Origin: a virus
Lineage: Duplodnaviria; Caudoviricetes
Strand: one strand, 5' to 3'
Virus record (IMG/VR): IMGVR_UViG_3300025073_000608
Span: 1 to 64,000 of that record
DNA: 64,000 nucleotides
Shown here: one piece after another, positions 1 to 9,331 of the stretch
How the letters are laid out: each line of letters begins with the position of its first letter
Numbering within the stretch: position 1 is the first letter of the stretch
Notes under the pieces: model-generated
Told to the model about the DNA's origin: nothing
Database searches by the model: none
The model's input: the letters and a program-made list of their open reading frames with translations, nothing else
Translations under genes and position numbers: made by a program

Positions 1-6
1 TCGTGG

Positions 7-588
7 ATGGATTATGATGATGTATCACAAATCATTCGTATTCACATATATAAAAAATGGGGACAATATAATTCTGAAAAACCCCTTATTCCGTGGCTAA
101 ATGCTATAATCGGAAATCAAATAAAAAATCTTATTCGAAACAATTATTCAAATTATTCTCGTCCATGCCTTAGATGCGCGGCGGCGATGGATTTAGGATG
201 TAAAATTTATGGAGAGCAGAGTTCTAAATGTCCTTTATATGCCCACTGGCAAAAAAGAAAACAAGCAGCTACCCATATTAAAATACCCGTTTCCATTGAA
301 AATCATACTCAAGAAATAAGACAAATTTTTGATGAAACATCGAACGTATTTAGACACATTTTGGTTCTTCACGAAAAAATGAAAGAACTATTAAAGCCCT
401 TAGAATATAAAGTATATGAGGGGCTTTTTATTTTGCACGAAGACGAGGCGATTATTGCCAAAAAATTAGGATACATATCAAATGAAAAAGGGCGGAATCC
501 TGGATATAAACAAATTAAAAATATACGCAAAAATATTATTATAAAAGTAAAAAAATGTTTGGCTGATGGAGATGTAGATATTTTTTAA
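7..588 (+). CDS. sigma-70/ECF-like phage sigma factor (probably 5'-truncated by the window edge), candidate late sigma
   Basis: Region 2-like segment DYDDVSQIIRIHIYKKWGQY...PWLNAIIGNQIKNLIRN; C-terminal HTH-like segment (EAIIAKKLGY); Cys insert CLRC-x7-C-x9-C; lies at the head of the structural operon. Confidence 0.65.
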   Translation: MDYDDVSQIIRIHIYKKWGQYNSEKPLIPWLNAIIGNQIKNLIRNNYSNYSRPCLRCAAAMDLGCKIYGEQSSKCPLYAHWQKRKQAATHIKIPVSIENHTQEIRQIFDETSNVFRHILVLHEKMKELLKPLEYKVYEGLFILHEDEAIIAKKLGYISNEKGRNPGYKQIKNIRKNIIIKVKKCLADGDVDIF

Positions 589-589
589 T

Positions 590-1693
590 ATGGACGACTT
601 AACCCTAACAGCAGAACAAGAACAAAATCTATTAAATCTCTGGAACTCTACTCCAGATAACCCTCCTGGTTTAAAAGAGTTAACGATGTCTATTTTTGGT
701 CAAGAATGTGATGGTAGAAGCAAAGAGGGGAAAGCTATTAAAAAAGCTTTATCCAAACATAATATACGCGCCCGCCCGCAAGGAGAAAGGGAAGATAAAG
801 AAATTACTTTAACAGACGAACAAAAGCTTTATATAGCTAATAATTCTGCAACTATGAACTCTTTAGAGATGGCAAGAATTATGTTCGCGAATCCATCTTT
901 ATCTAATCTCCACGCGGAAACTCGTGCGGTAAACGAATATGTAAAAAGCCTAGATACTCGTGTTATTTATAATCAGGCCGCAGAAGAAGATGTTCCTGAA
1001 AGTGCCACTTATGAACCACCAAAAACTATGGATAAGGTTTTGCGCCGTGTTAATAAGTATGTTAATTTTGTGCTAGACAGGGAAAAACTAACCCCTCAGC
1101 AGAAAAAGGGTTTAGAGATGCTAATTAATTATCTTCATACTTTTAGGTTCTTAACTCAAATGGCTACTTATGAAAGTCAAACTCATAGAAGCTTATGCGA
1201 AGATGCATTTATTCGTTATACTTATGATAAACCAGATTTAACTCAAGAAGAGGTTGACCAATATATTATTTTGGCCAATGAGGTTGTTCAGCAATTTAAA
1301 ATTCAACGGCGTAGCGAAAATCTTCAGAGACAATTGGAAAATATTACCGATGATGAACAACGGGGGGATGAAACAATTAGAATTTCCATGTCATTAGTCG
1401 AAGCGATTGGTAAAGCTCAAAATGAGGGAAACCAATGTATTACTCGCCAGCAAAAACTGTTAGACGACCTTAAAGAAAAAAGAAGCACTCGATTATCTAA
1501 ACAGGTAAAAGATACAGCAAGCATTCTTAATTTGGTTCAAATGTGGAAGACAGAAGAGGGGAGACAAGACCTACTTAGATTAGCTGAAAAAGAACAAAAA
1601 GCCATGGGGGTAGAAGTAGAAAGGTTATCATCTTTGCCGGAAATTAAAGCGAGAATTTTAGGTCTATCTAAAGAGGAAATTCTTTATGGATAA
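590..1693 (+). CDS. hypothetical helical/coiled-coil protein, possible terminase small subunit
   Basis: 367-aa ORF upstream of TerL with a coiled-coil C-terminal half; function inferred from position only. Confidence 0.35.
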   Translation: MDDLTLTAEQEQNLLNLWNSTPDNPPGLKELTMSIFGQECDGRSKEGKAIKKALSKHNIRARPQGEREDKEITLTDEQKLYIANNSATMNSLEMARIMFANPSLSNLHAETRAVNEYVKSLDTRVIYNQAAEEDVPESATYEPPKTMDKVLRRVNKYVNFVLDREKLTPQQKKGLEMLINYLHTFRFLTQMATYESQTHRSLCEDAFIRYTYDKPDLTQEEVDQYIILANEVVQQFKIQRRSENLQRQLENITDDEQRGDETIRISMSLVEAIGKAQNEGNQCITRQQKLLDDLKEKRSTRLSKQVKDTASILNLVQMWKTEEGRQDLLRLAEKEQKAMGVEVERLSSLPEIKARILGLSKEEILYG

Positions 1694-2618
1694 TTTAATA
1701 TGTCAAGAATGTAAGGTTTTATTTGATTCCCTTAAATCTTTGCATTTACATTTAAGGTTACATAAAATTTCCCAAGTGGAATATTATCAAAAGCATTTTC
1801 CGCGATATGACCAATTCGATGGTTTTATTATTAAATTTAAGTCATTAGATTTTTATTTGAATAGTGATTTTAATTCGCGATTGAATGCTATTAAGTGGTT
1901 AAAAAAGGTTCCGAATAATCAGGCTATAGAATATATTCGTAAGTTTTTGTTGGAGAGAAAAGCAAAAAAAGGTCTTCGTTTTTTACCTTCTCAGGTGGAG
2001 TTGCGTTCTTTACCCATGGGTGGGATTAAATTACTAAATGAAATCACTGGGGACTATTTATCATTTGGTAAGGAAATAGGATTATCTTCTCGGTTTTCTT
2101 CTATTGAATTTGATGGAAATTGGAATAAATTTTCAAAAAAACATCGTATCATCGTAGATACAAGAGAACAAAAGCCATTATCATTTTCGATTCCGACCAT
2201 TTCAGAAGGGCTGATGTTCGGAGATTATATTTTGAATGATATTTTGTTTTCATATGATTGTCACATAGAAAGAAAATCTTTGGGAGATTTTTACACGACT
2301 TTAAGCTTGGGATTTAATCGTTTTTTAAGAGAAATAAACAAGGCCAAAGGGTCTTATTTAGTTGTGGTCATTGAAGAACCCATGGAGGAAGTATACAATT
2401 TTATTTATCGTCATCAAGTAGCCGGAAAAACAAGAATTAGTCCAGAATTTGTTCTTCACAACATGCGAGAAATTATTCAGAATAATCAATTTCTTCAATT
2501 TTTATTTGTAAATGATAGACAGGATGCAGCGAAAGCTATTGAAAGAATTTTTTGTTCTAATGGACAATTTAGAAATGTGGACCTTCAATATTTGTATGAT
2601 ATAGGAAATTTAATCTAA
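1686..2618 (+). CDS. C2H2 zinc finger plus ERCC4/XPF-Mus81-type nuclease
   Basis: N-terminal CQEC-x12-H-x3-H; ERCC4 motifs IIVDTREQ, GDY, IERKSLGDF. Confidence 0.8.
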   Translation: MDNLICQECKVLFDSLKSLHLHLRLHKISQVEYYQKHFPRYDQFDGFIIKFKSLDFYLNSDFNSRLNAIKWLKKVPNNQAIEYIRKFLLERKAKKGLRFLPSQVELRSLPMGGIKLLNEITGDYLSFGKEIGLSSRFSSIEFDGNWNKFSKKHRIIVDTREQKPLSFSIPTISEGLMFGDYILNDILFSYDCHIERKSLGDFYTTLSLGFNRFLREINKAKGSYLVVVIEEPMEEVYNFIYRHQVAGKTRISPEFVLHNMREIIQNNQFLQFLFVNDRQDAAKAIERIFCSNGQFRNVDLQYLYDIGNLI

Positions 2619-4453
2619 TGTGGTACGAATCAGAAAAATACAAAAAAGAAATAACAGACATTAATCACTTAATGTATAGTTTAAAAGGAGAATTAGAAGA
2701 CAACGAAGCTAAACTAACCCTCATTAAATTTCTGTATAGAAATTTAGGTTTAACCACAGAACTATTATCTGGTATTCAACTATATCCTGACCAAATCGTA
2801 ATTATTAAGGGATTATTAAATTCTAATTATTCCCTAAATGTATGGGGACGTGGAATTGGGAAAACTTGGTTAGCGTCGATTTATTGTTTTTTACAATGTA
2901 TATTTTTTCCTAATACTTCTATTCTTGTTGCTGGACCAACTTTTAGAACGTCTCGTTTTATTTTTAATCATATAGAAAAACTGGCTGACCAACCAGAAGC
3001 AGTTATGTTGGCTCAAGCTTTTGGTCATAAAATTAAACGAAACGATGAATTTCGTTGGAGTATTAACGGTGGAGAAATTGTTGCTATTCCTCTTAACGGA
3101 GAAAAAATCCGTGGTTTCCGTGCCAATGTATTAGTTATTGATGAGTTCTTATTAATGGGCGAGGAAATGGTAGAAAAGGTTTTAATGCCATATCTTGTCG
3201 CTACGCCCGCGTGGGAAATTAAGCGAAGGAAAATGATTCGTGATAAAGAAACAGATATGATTCGAAAGGGAATTATAACTGAGGAAGAAAGAATGGTCTT
3301 TCATAATAATGCTAAACTAGTTGCATTATCATCAGCATCATATACCTGCGAATATCTTTATAAAAAATATGACGAATTTGTAAAGCAAATTTATAGCGAT
3401 AACTTGCCCGAAAATAAGGCAAGATACTTTGTAAGTCAATTATCATGGGACGCTATTCCCCCTGATAGGATGGATAAAAGTATTATTGAATTAGCCCAAA
3501 GCAATGAAGCTAATTCGGCAACTTTTCAACGGGAATATTGTGCCCAATTCATTGATGGTTCAGATAGTTATTTTTCTATGAAGAAAATGATAGAATGTAC
3601 TGTTCCTGATGGAGAAGAACCCACGTTATTATTACAGGGACATAAAGACAAAAAATATATCTTAGCTATTGACCCTAACTTTAGTAATTCTCCAACTGCG
3701 GATAATTTTGCTATGTGTTTAACCGAATTAGATGATAATGGACCAGGGGCAACGATTGTCCATTCTTATGCTGAGGCTGGGAAAGATTTAAAGGACCATA
3801 TTAAGTATTTTTATTATTTATATACTAATTTTAATATTGTAATGATTGTTATTGATTATGCTGGATATCAATTTTTAGAGTCAGCTAATGAAAGCGAATG
3901 GTTTAGGAAGGATAATATCGAAATTAAAGTGTTTGATTTTGTCGCCGAAAAAGACGGGGCAGAATTAGAGGAACAATTAAAATTAGCGAGAAAGGGATAT
4001 AATAAAACTATTCATAAGGTGGCTTTCTCTCAATATTTTACAACAGATTTTATTAGAAAAGCCAATGAACATTTGCAGGGGTGTATTGATTATAAAAAGA
4101 TTTGGTTTGGGGGAAGTATTAAGGGTTCGGCCAATTCGTTTGAGAAGGCGTGTTTGGCTAAGGTAAATTTAGAATTTGTTGGGGAAGAATCTTCTTCAGA
4201 TTTAATAGATACTCAAGAAATTTTATTAAAACAAACAAAATATCAATGCGCCTCTATTGAGGTTAAAACAACCGCTAAGGGAACCCAAAGTTTTGACCTT
4301 CCACAAATCATGAAAAGAGATATGACCTCAACAAGAATGCGTCGTGATAGTTATACCGCTTTATTATTAGCTGCTTGGGGGATAAAATGTTTTAACGATA
4401 TAAAACAAGCCCCAGAAGAGAATACTTCTACCTTTGAACCTATTTTCATTTAA
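2618..4453 (+). CDS. terL: terminase large subunit
   Basis: Walker A GRGIGKT, Walker B VLVIDEF, coupling motif LSSA, RNase H-like nuclease motifs YILAIDP, IDYAG, RRDSYTA. Confidence 0.92.
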   Translation: MWYESEKYKKEITDINHLMYSLKGELEDNEAKLTLIKFLYRNLGLTTELLSGIQLYPDQIVIIKGLLNSNYSLNVWGRGIGKTWLASIYCFLQCIFFPNTSILVAGPTFRTSRFIFNHIEKLADQPEAVMLAQAFGHKIKRNDEFRWSINGGEIVAIPLNGEKIRGFRANVLVIDEFLLMGEEMVEKVLMPYLVATPAWEIKRRKMIRDKETDMIRKGIITEEERMVFHNNAKLVALSSASYTCEYLYKKYDEFVKQIYSDNLPENKARYFVSQLSWDAIPPDRMDKSIIELAQSNEANSATFQREYCAQFIDGSDSYFSMKKMIECTVPDGEEPTLLLQGHKDKKYILAIDPNFSNSPTADNFAMCLTELDDNGPGATIVHSYAEAGKDLKDHIKYFYYLYTNFNIVMIVIDYAGYQFLESANESEWFRKDNIEIKVFDFVAEKDGAELEEQLKLARKGYNKTIHKVAFSQYFTTDFIRKANEHLQGCIDYKKIWFGGSIKGSANSFEKACLAKVNLEFVGEESSSDLIDTQEILLKQTKYQCASIEVKTTAKGTQSFDLPQIMKRDMTSTRMRRDSYTALLLAAWGIKCFNDIKQAPEENTSTFEPIFI

Positions 4454-4457
4454 TTTA

Positions 4458-4470
4458 GTGTAAATATAAA
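4458..4470 (+). promoter_or_regulatory. GTGTAA-type candidate late promoter
   Basis: GTGTAAATATAAA 23 nt before ATG 4481; motif recurs in at least 11 structural gene 5' regions. Confidence 0.65.
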
Positions 4471-4480
4471 ATAAAGGTTT

Positions 4481-6736
4481 ATGGACAGCTATATTCGACT
4501 CAGACAAATTAATCAACAGGATTTATCTGGATATATTTCTCAGACGATGTTCCCTATATTAAGGGGGTCTGGTATCAATGTCAGCGGAAGAAACATTATT
4601 CCTACTGGTTCTGGCATCTCTAACCTTGGTTCTTCAGGAAATCCATTTCAAGAATTATTTATTAATAAGATTTCTATCCCTTCTGGAAGTGGGTTATATT
4701 TTGGTCCTCATTTTTTTACAGCTTATACATCTGGAACAAGTGCGGTTGTACAAGTTGGTTCTTATTATTTAACGGCCTCTTCTCAGGGTTTAACTATTAT
4801 TGGTCCTTCTGGGGCATCTGGGGTTACGGGGGTTACTGGTCCTAGTGGGGCAAGTGGATTAAGTATTACCGGGGCAACAGGAATTAATTCTACAGGTGTA
4901 AGATTTTTATTATCTAATGGGGCTCTTACAAACACAATTTCTTTACCATCTGGGGCTACAGGGGCAACAGGTATTTCTCTTACTGGATTTACCCAAAGTG
5001 GACTTAATCTTACCCCGCAATTTTCTAATGGAACCACAGGTTTAACTATTATAATCCCAAGTGGTGCCACGGGTCAGCAAGGAGTGGTTGGTGGAATTAA
5101 CATTGTCGGAGATATATTTACTGGATTTACTGGTGGACCACCTTCTCCAGGAGATATTGCTCCAAATTGGAAAATTTATAATATTAATCCAGATACAGTT
5201 AATAATCCCCCACTCAGATTTGTAAAAGGAATGACGTATTCTATTGATTATAGTGGTTTAAAATTAACTGGTATTACTTTTCCAAATGGGTCTTATTATA
5301 ATTCTAATTATTTTATTCAAAGTGGTATTACTGGTTATTTAAAATTAGTATTTTTTGATGATGGTGTTCTTGAAACAGTTTTAAATAATCCTTCTACTGG
5401 ACGATTTCTTCGTAGTGAAAATAATTTTGATGTTTCTGCTTATAATACTTTAGATGCTAATTTAACCACAGACGACTTAATATCAGATATTGTTGAAGAT
5501 ATTAGTAGAAATAAAATAACCTTTAAAGTTAACTTCGACGCAACCTCTTCGTATAAATACGGATTCCAAAAATACGTTTTCGCCGACGGAAGCGTAATGG
5601 ATAGTTCAATGTATTGGGGATTTTATGTTTTAGGGGATGTCGAAACAAGTTATTTTGGTCCAAGTGGTGGAAGAGGAGCTACTGGTCCTCAAGGAATTGC
5701 TGGTCCACAAGGACAAAGAGGGGCCATGGGGCTCGGAACTTCTGGGGTTGGTATTACTGGGATAGAACGAAGTAGTAATGACATTAGATTTTTATTAACA
5801 GATGGAACAACAACTGATTGGACTTCTCTTCCGGCTGGTGGTCCAACCGGGCCTACAGGACCAGCGGGTACTAGTGGAACATCAATTTCTGGTTCTACTG
5901 GTCCGACTGGTCCGACCGGACCTGCTGGGGCTAGCGATAATTATTATGCTAGTTATTATGTGACAGATATCCAGAGGACTGGTTTTTATGGATTTGATAG
6001 AACAACAAGCGGAACAAGTAATTGGGTATTATGTACCGGAACAGGAAGAAGGTTTGGTCCTGGCGACCAAATTAGAACAACTATCTCAGCAATGATTGGT
6101 AATACTTATTCCGCTGCCCAACAACTTATTTTTTCTGATGCTTCTGTTACAGGGCGTTATTTTTATGGGAGAGTAGATTCTTTTAATACTAATGATGGGG
6201 CTATTGAATTTACTTCTTTAGACAATCCTTATCCTCCTGCTGGATTAGTTTCTGGTAAAATTGAATGGTATAATTATGGATTAGTTGATACTAATGTAGG
6301 AGGATTAGGTTCTCCAGGTCCAACAGGGCCGCAAGGACCAAGTGGTGGCCGTGGGGATACCGGACATTTAGTATTTATCTGTAACACTTCTCCATCAGGG
6401 CTTTCATCTTACAATACTAGAACCATAAGTCCTCAAGAATACGACGCATGGGATTTAAGTTTCACTGACGAAGAAAACACTATTGCTTTCGATTTAACTA
6501 GATTTGCAACAGGACAAACAGTATTAGTAAAAATAAGCAATCTCGGTGTTAAAACTACAGATGAATATAATTTAATTACGTGGTATAACGATATTAGATT
6601 CCCATATAGCGTTAATGCCCCTGCTCCAAATCCGAATTTAAGTACTGTGTATACTTTTGTTAGATTTCCCGATTATATGGGTAATGATAGGATATATTGT
6701 ACTTATTCGGCTAATTATAGTAATGCAGCAATTTAA
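4481..6736 (+). CDS. collagen-like (Gly-X-Y) virion fibre, possibly head-associated
   Basis: GPTGPTGPAG and GPQGIAGPQG tracts; very SG/TG-rich; N- and C-termini resemble those of the 18640 fibre. Confidence 0.7.
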   Translation: MDSYIRLRQINQQDLSGYISQTMFPILRGSGINVSGRNIIPTGSGISNLGSSGNPFQELFINKISIPSGSGLYFGPHFFTAYTSGTSAVVQVGSYYLTASSQGLTIIGPSGASGVTGVTGPSGASGLSITGATGINSTGVRFLLSNGALTNTISLPSGATGATGISLTGFTQSGLNLTPQFSNGTTGLTIIIPSGATGQQGVVGGINIVGDIFTGFTGGPPSPGDIAPNWKIYNINPDTVNNPPLRFVKGMTYSIDYSGLKLTGITFPNGSYYNSNYFIQSGITGYLKLVFFDDGVLETVLNNPSTGRFLRSENNFDVSAYNTLDANLTTDDLISDIVEDISRNKITFKVNFDATSSYKYGFQKYVFADGSVMDSSMYWGFYVLGDVETSYFGPSGGRGATGPQGIAGPQGQRGAMGLGTSGVGITGIERSSNDIRFLLTDGTTTDWTSLPAGGPTGPTGPAGTSGTSISGSTGPTGPTGPAGASDNYYASYYVTDIQRTGFYGFDRTTSGTSNWVLCTGTGRRFGPGDQIRTTISAMIGNTYSAAQQLIFSDASVTGRYFYGRVDSFNTNDGAIEFTSLDNPYPPAGLVSGKIEWYNYGLVDTNVGGLGSPGPTGPQGPSGGRGDTGHLVFICNTSPSGLSSYNTRTISPQEYDAWDLSFTDEENTIAFDLTRFATGQTVLVKISNLGVKTTDEYNLITWYNDIRFPYSVNAPAPNPNLSTVYTFVRFPDYMGNDRIYCTYSANYSNAAI

Positions 6737-6745
6737 AATAATAAT

Positions 6746-8632
6746 ATGAGAAAGAAAAAAATTAACTTAACTGATGCGGAACCATTTATGGTTTCAATGG
6801 CGACAGAGTCAATCGCCTCAACATCAACGACTTCCACAAGAAGAAATATTGCTGGAACTATAGAGAGGACTCAACGATTTCAAAATATTGATGATGGTTT
6901 AGTTCCATTTAAAAATAGTAGTAGCATATATGGTAGTGGTTATTCTTCTGTAGATGTAAGGGATGCAATTATTCTTTGTCAAAAATGTTATTATAATTTC
7001 GCCGTTTTTCGTAATGTTATTGATTTAATGACGGAATTTTCAGTTAATAACATATTTTTTAAAGGAGGAAATAAACAATCACGAGATTTTTTTACTGCCT
7101 TCTGGAAGAAAATTGGATTATGGGGATTACAAGACCGTTTTTTCAGAGAGTATTATCGTTCTGGTAACGTATTTTTTTACCGATGGGATGGAGAAATCCA
7201 GCCCGATGATATTAGAAAAATTACGCAAGTATATGGAGCAGATAAGGTTCCATCGGTTCCAGAAGAAAAAATGATATTACCTATTAGATATATTATTTTA
7301 AATCCAGCAGACGTTCAAATGGTCCCAACTGCTAATTTCGCATTTGGAACTTATTTTAAAGTATTAACTGATTTTGAGCTGTCTCGTATAGCCAAACCAC
7401 AAACAGAAGAAGATTTAGCTATTTTTAATAGTCTTCCAGAACAAACTAAACAGCAAATAAAATCTGGTTCCAGGTCTGTAAGTATTCCTCTATCGTCTGA
7501 TAAGGTAGCTTCTATTTTTTATAAGAAACAAGACTATGAACCATTTTCTGTTCCCATGGGTTATCCTGTTTTAGAGGATATTAATTTTAAAGCAGAGCTT
7601 CGTAAAATAGATATGGCTATTTGTAGGACGATGCAGCAAATTGTTTTATTAGTTACTACGGGCGCGGAACCAGAAAAGGGAGGCATTAACCAAAAAAATA
7701 TTGATGCTCTACGACGATTATTTGAAAATCAATCAGTGGGCAGAGTTTTAATTGCTGATTATACTACAAAGGCGGAATTCGTTATTCCACAAATTGCTGA
7801 TTTACTAGACCCTAAAAAATACGAAATTGTCGATAGAGATATTAACATGGGACTTAATAATATCTTTATGGGTGGAGAAAAATTCGCTAATCAACAACAA
7901 AAGGTGGAATTATTTATTGCCCGTTTAAAGCAGGCAAGAAATTCTTTTTTGGAAGAATTCCTCATTCCAGAAATGAAAAGGATTTCTAAATCTATTGGAT
8001 TTAAAAATTTCCCGACTCCTTATTTCGAAGAAATTGAATTAAAAGACAACAGTACTTTATCTAAAATCTTTGCGAGAATGGTAGAAATCGGAGTTCTTAC
8101 TCCAGAACAAGGATTTAAAGCTATTGAAACAAATACTCTTCCAGACCCAGGAATTATGGAAGAAGAACAAAAGGCTTATAAAGAACAAAGGGATAAGGGT
8201 TTATACACCCCGCTTATCGGTGGACCAAAAGACCCAAATGCCGCTGGCCGTCCAGAAGGAGCAAAAGCCCCACAAACAACCAAAAAGATTACTCCTATTG
8301 GGGGTTCTGTCCAATATAGTTTATCTAAAGTAAGGGATAATTTATTATTATCTCAAGAGCTAGAAGGTAACGTTGCCTCCTTTATTAGGGAAAAATTTAA
8401 ATTAAAAAAACTATCAAAACAACAAAAAGAAGTAGTTTCAGGAATTGTTGAACAGATAATGGCTAATGAAGAACCGGCCAATTGGTTATCTAGTATTCAG
8501 GTTTATGGTGAAAATCCAGAAGATAAAAATCATCTTCGGGTAAAAACAGTTAATAATATCGCTGTCGAGCACCAATTAGACAACTTTCTTGCTAGTTTAT
8601 TATTAGCTAGTAAGGTTGACGATGGCAGCTAA
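6746..8632 (+). CDS. portal protein
   Basis: Position between TerL and protease; portal-like segments NVIDLMTEFS and REYYRSGNVFFY; C-terminal GRPEG tail. Confidence 0.8.
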   Translation: MRKKKINLTDAEPFMVSMATESIASTSTTSTRRNIAGTIERTQRFQNIDDGLVPFKNSSSIYGSGYSSVDVRDAIILCQKCYYNFAVFRNVIDLMTEFSVNNIFFKGGNKQSRDFFTAFWKKIGLWGLQDRFFREYYRSGNVFFYRWDGEIQPDDIRKITQVYGADKVPSVPEEKMILPIRYIILNPADVQMVPTANFAFGTYFKVLTDFELSRIAKPQTEEDLAIFNSLPEQTKQQIKSGSRSVSIPLSSDKVASIFYKKQDYEPFSVPMGYPVLEDINFKAELRKIDMAICRTMQQIVLLVTTGAEPEKGGINQKNIDALRRLFENQSVGRVLIADYTTKAEFVIPQIADLLDPKKYEIVDRDINMGLNNIFMGGEKFANQQQKVELFIARLKQARNSFLEEFLIPEMKRISKSIGFKNFPTPYFEEIELKDNSTLSKIFARMVEIGVLTPEQGFKAIETNTLPDPGIMEEEQKAYKEQRDKGLYTPLIGGPKDPNAAGRPEGAKAPQTTKKITPIGGSVQYSLSKVRDNLLLSQELEGNVASFIREKFKLKKLSKQQKEVVSGIVEQIMANEEPANWLSSIQVYGENPEDKNHLRVKTVNNIAVEHQLDNFLASLLLASKVDDGS

Positions 8633-9308
8633 TGTAACTTTTGCCCCATTTAATTTTTATCAGACTACGGGGGATGGGGTTTTCCCCATTTTTCCTGGAA
8701 CGACTCTTTTTACTGGGTCGTATTTTAATGAAGAATTAAAATTAGGGGCTAAGGATGGTTATTTTTGGTGGATAAATAATGATGCGACTGTTTGTGCTCC
8801 AGAATGGGACGTAAGAGCAAGTGGTTTTGTTAATAGCGGATATAATTTAAACAGTAGTATATCTGGTTCTTTCACAGGGACTTTTTATGGTTATCCAAAA
8901 AATACGGGTGATTTTGTTACATCATTTGGAGCTGTTTTAAGTGGTGATAAAATAATGACAGAAACCTTTTCGGGTATTGTCACTGGGGCTCTTATTAGTG
9001 GGACTATAGGGACAGGTTATTATTCTGTTTCTTGGGGTGGGGTAATGGCTCCAGAAGGAGATTATCATTATATTTCTTTACAACCCAATGGAATCGTTAC
9101 TTCTGGATATAATTTAACGGGAGAATATGTTGTTGCTTTGTCAGCTTTATTTATTCCATCTAATCGTGATGATGCGGATATCTCTTTTGAGTTTTCGTCA
9201 ATTACTTTTGAGGCAGGTCCAGAAAGATTTAATATAGATATGCAAGATGAGGAGACTTTAGCTTTTGATTTTGTAACAATAAGTTGGAAAGAGCAATTTA
9301 GTCCATAA
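8622..9308 (+). CDS. hypothetical SG/TG-rich virion protein
   Basis: ATG at 8622 (AAGG upstream) preferred over TTG 8616; beta-rich composition. Confidence 0.55.
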   Translation: MAANVTFAPFNFYQTTGDGVFPIFPGTTLFTGSYFNEELKLGAKDGYFWWINNDATVCAPEWDVRASGFVNSGYNLNSSISGSFTGTFYGYPKNTGDFVTSFGAVLSGDKIMTETFSGIVTGALISGTIGTGYYSVSWGGVMAPEGDYHYISLQPNGIVTSGYNLTGEYVVALSALFIPSNRDDADISFEFSSITFEAGPERFNIDMQDEETLAFDFVTISWKEQFSP

Positions 9309-9316
9309 TTAGAAAA

Positions 9317-9330
9317 GTGTAATTAAATAA
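9317..9330 (+). promoter_or_regulatory. GTGTAA-type candidate late promoter (leaderless class)
   Basis: GTGTAATTAAATAA 15 nt before ATG 9332, no Shine-Dalgarno (SD). Confidence 0.65.
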
Positions 9331-9331
9331 T

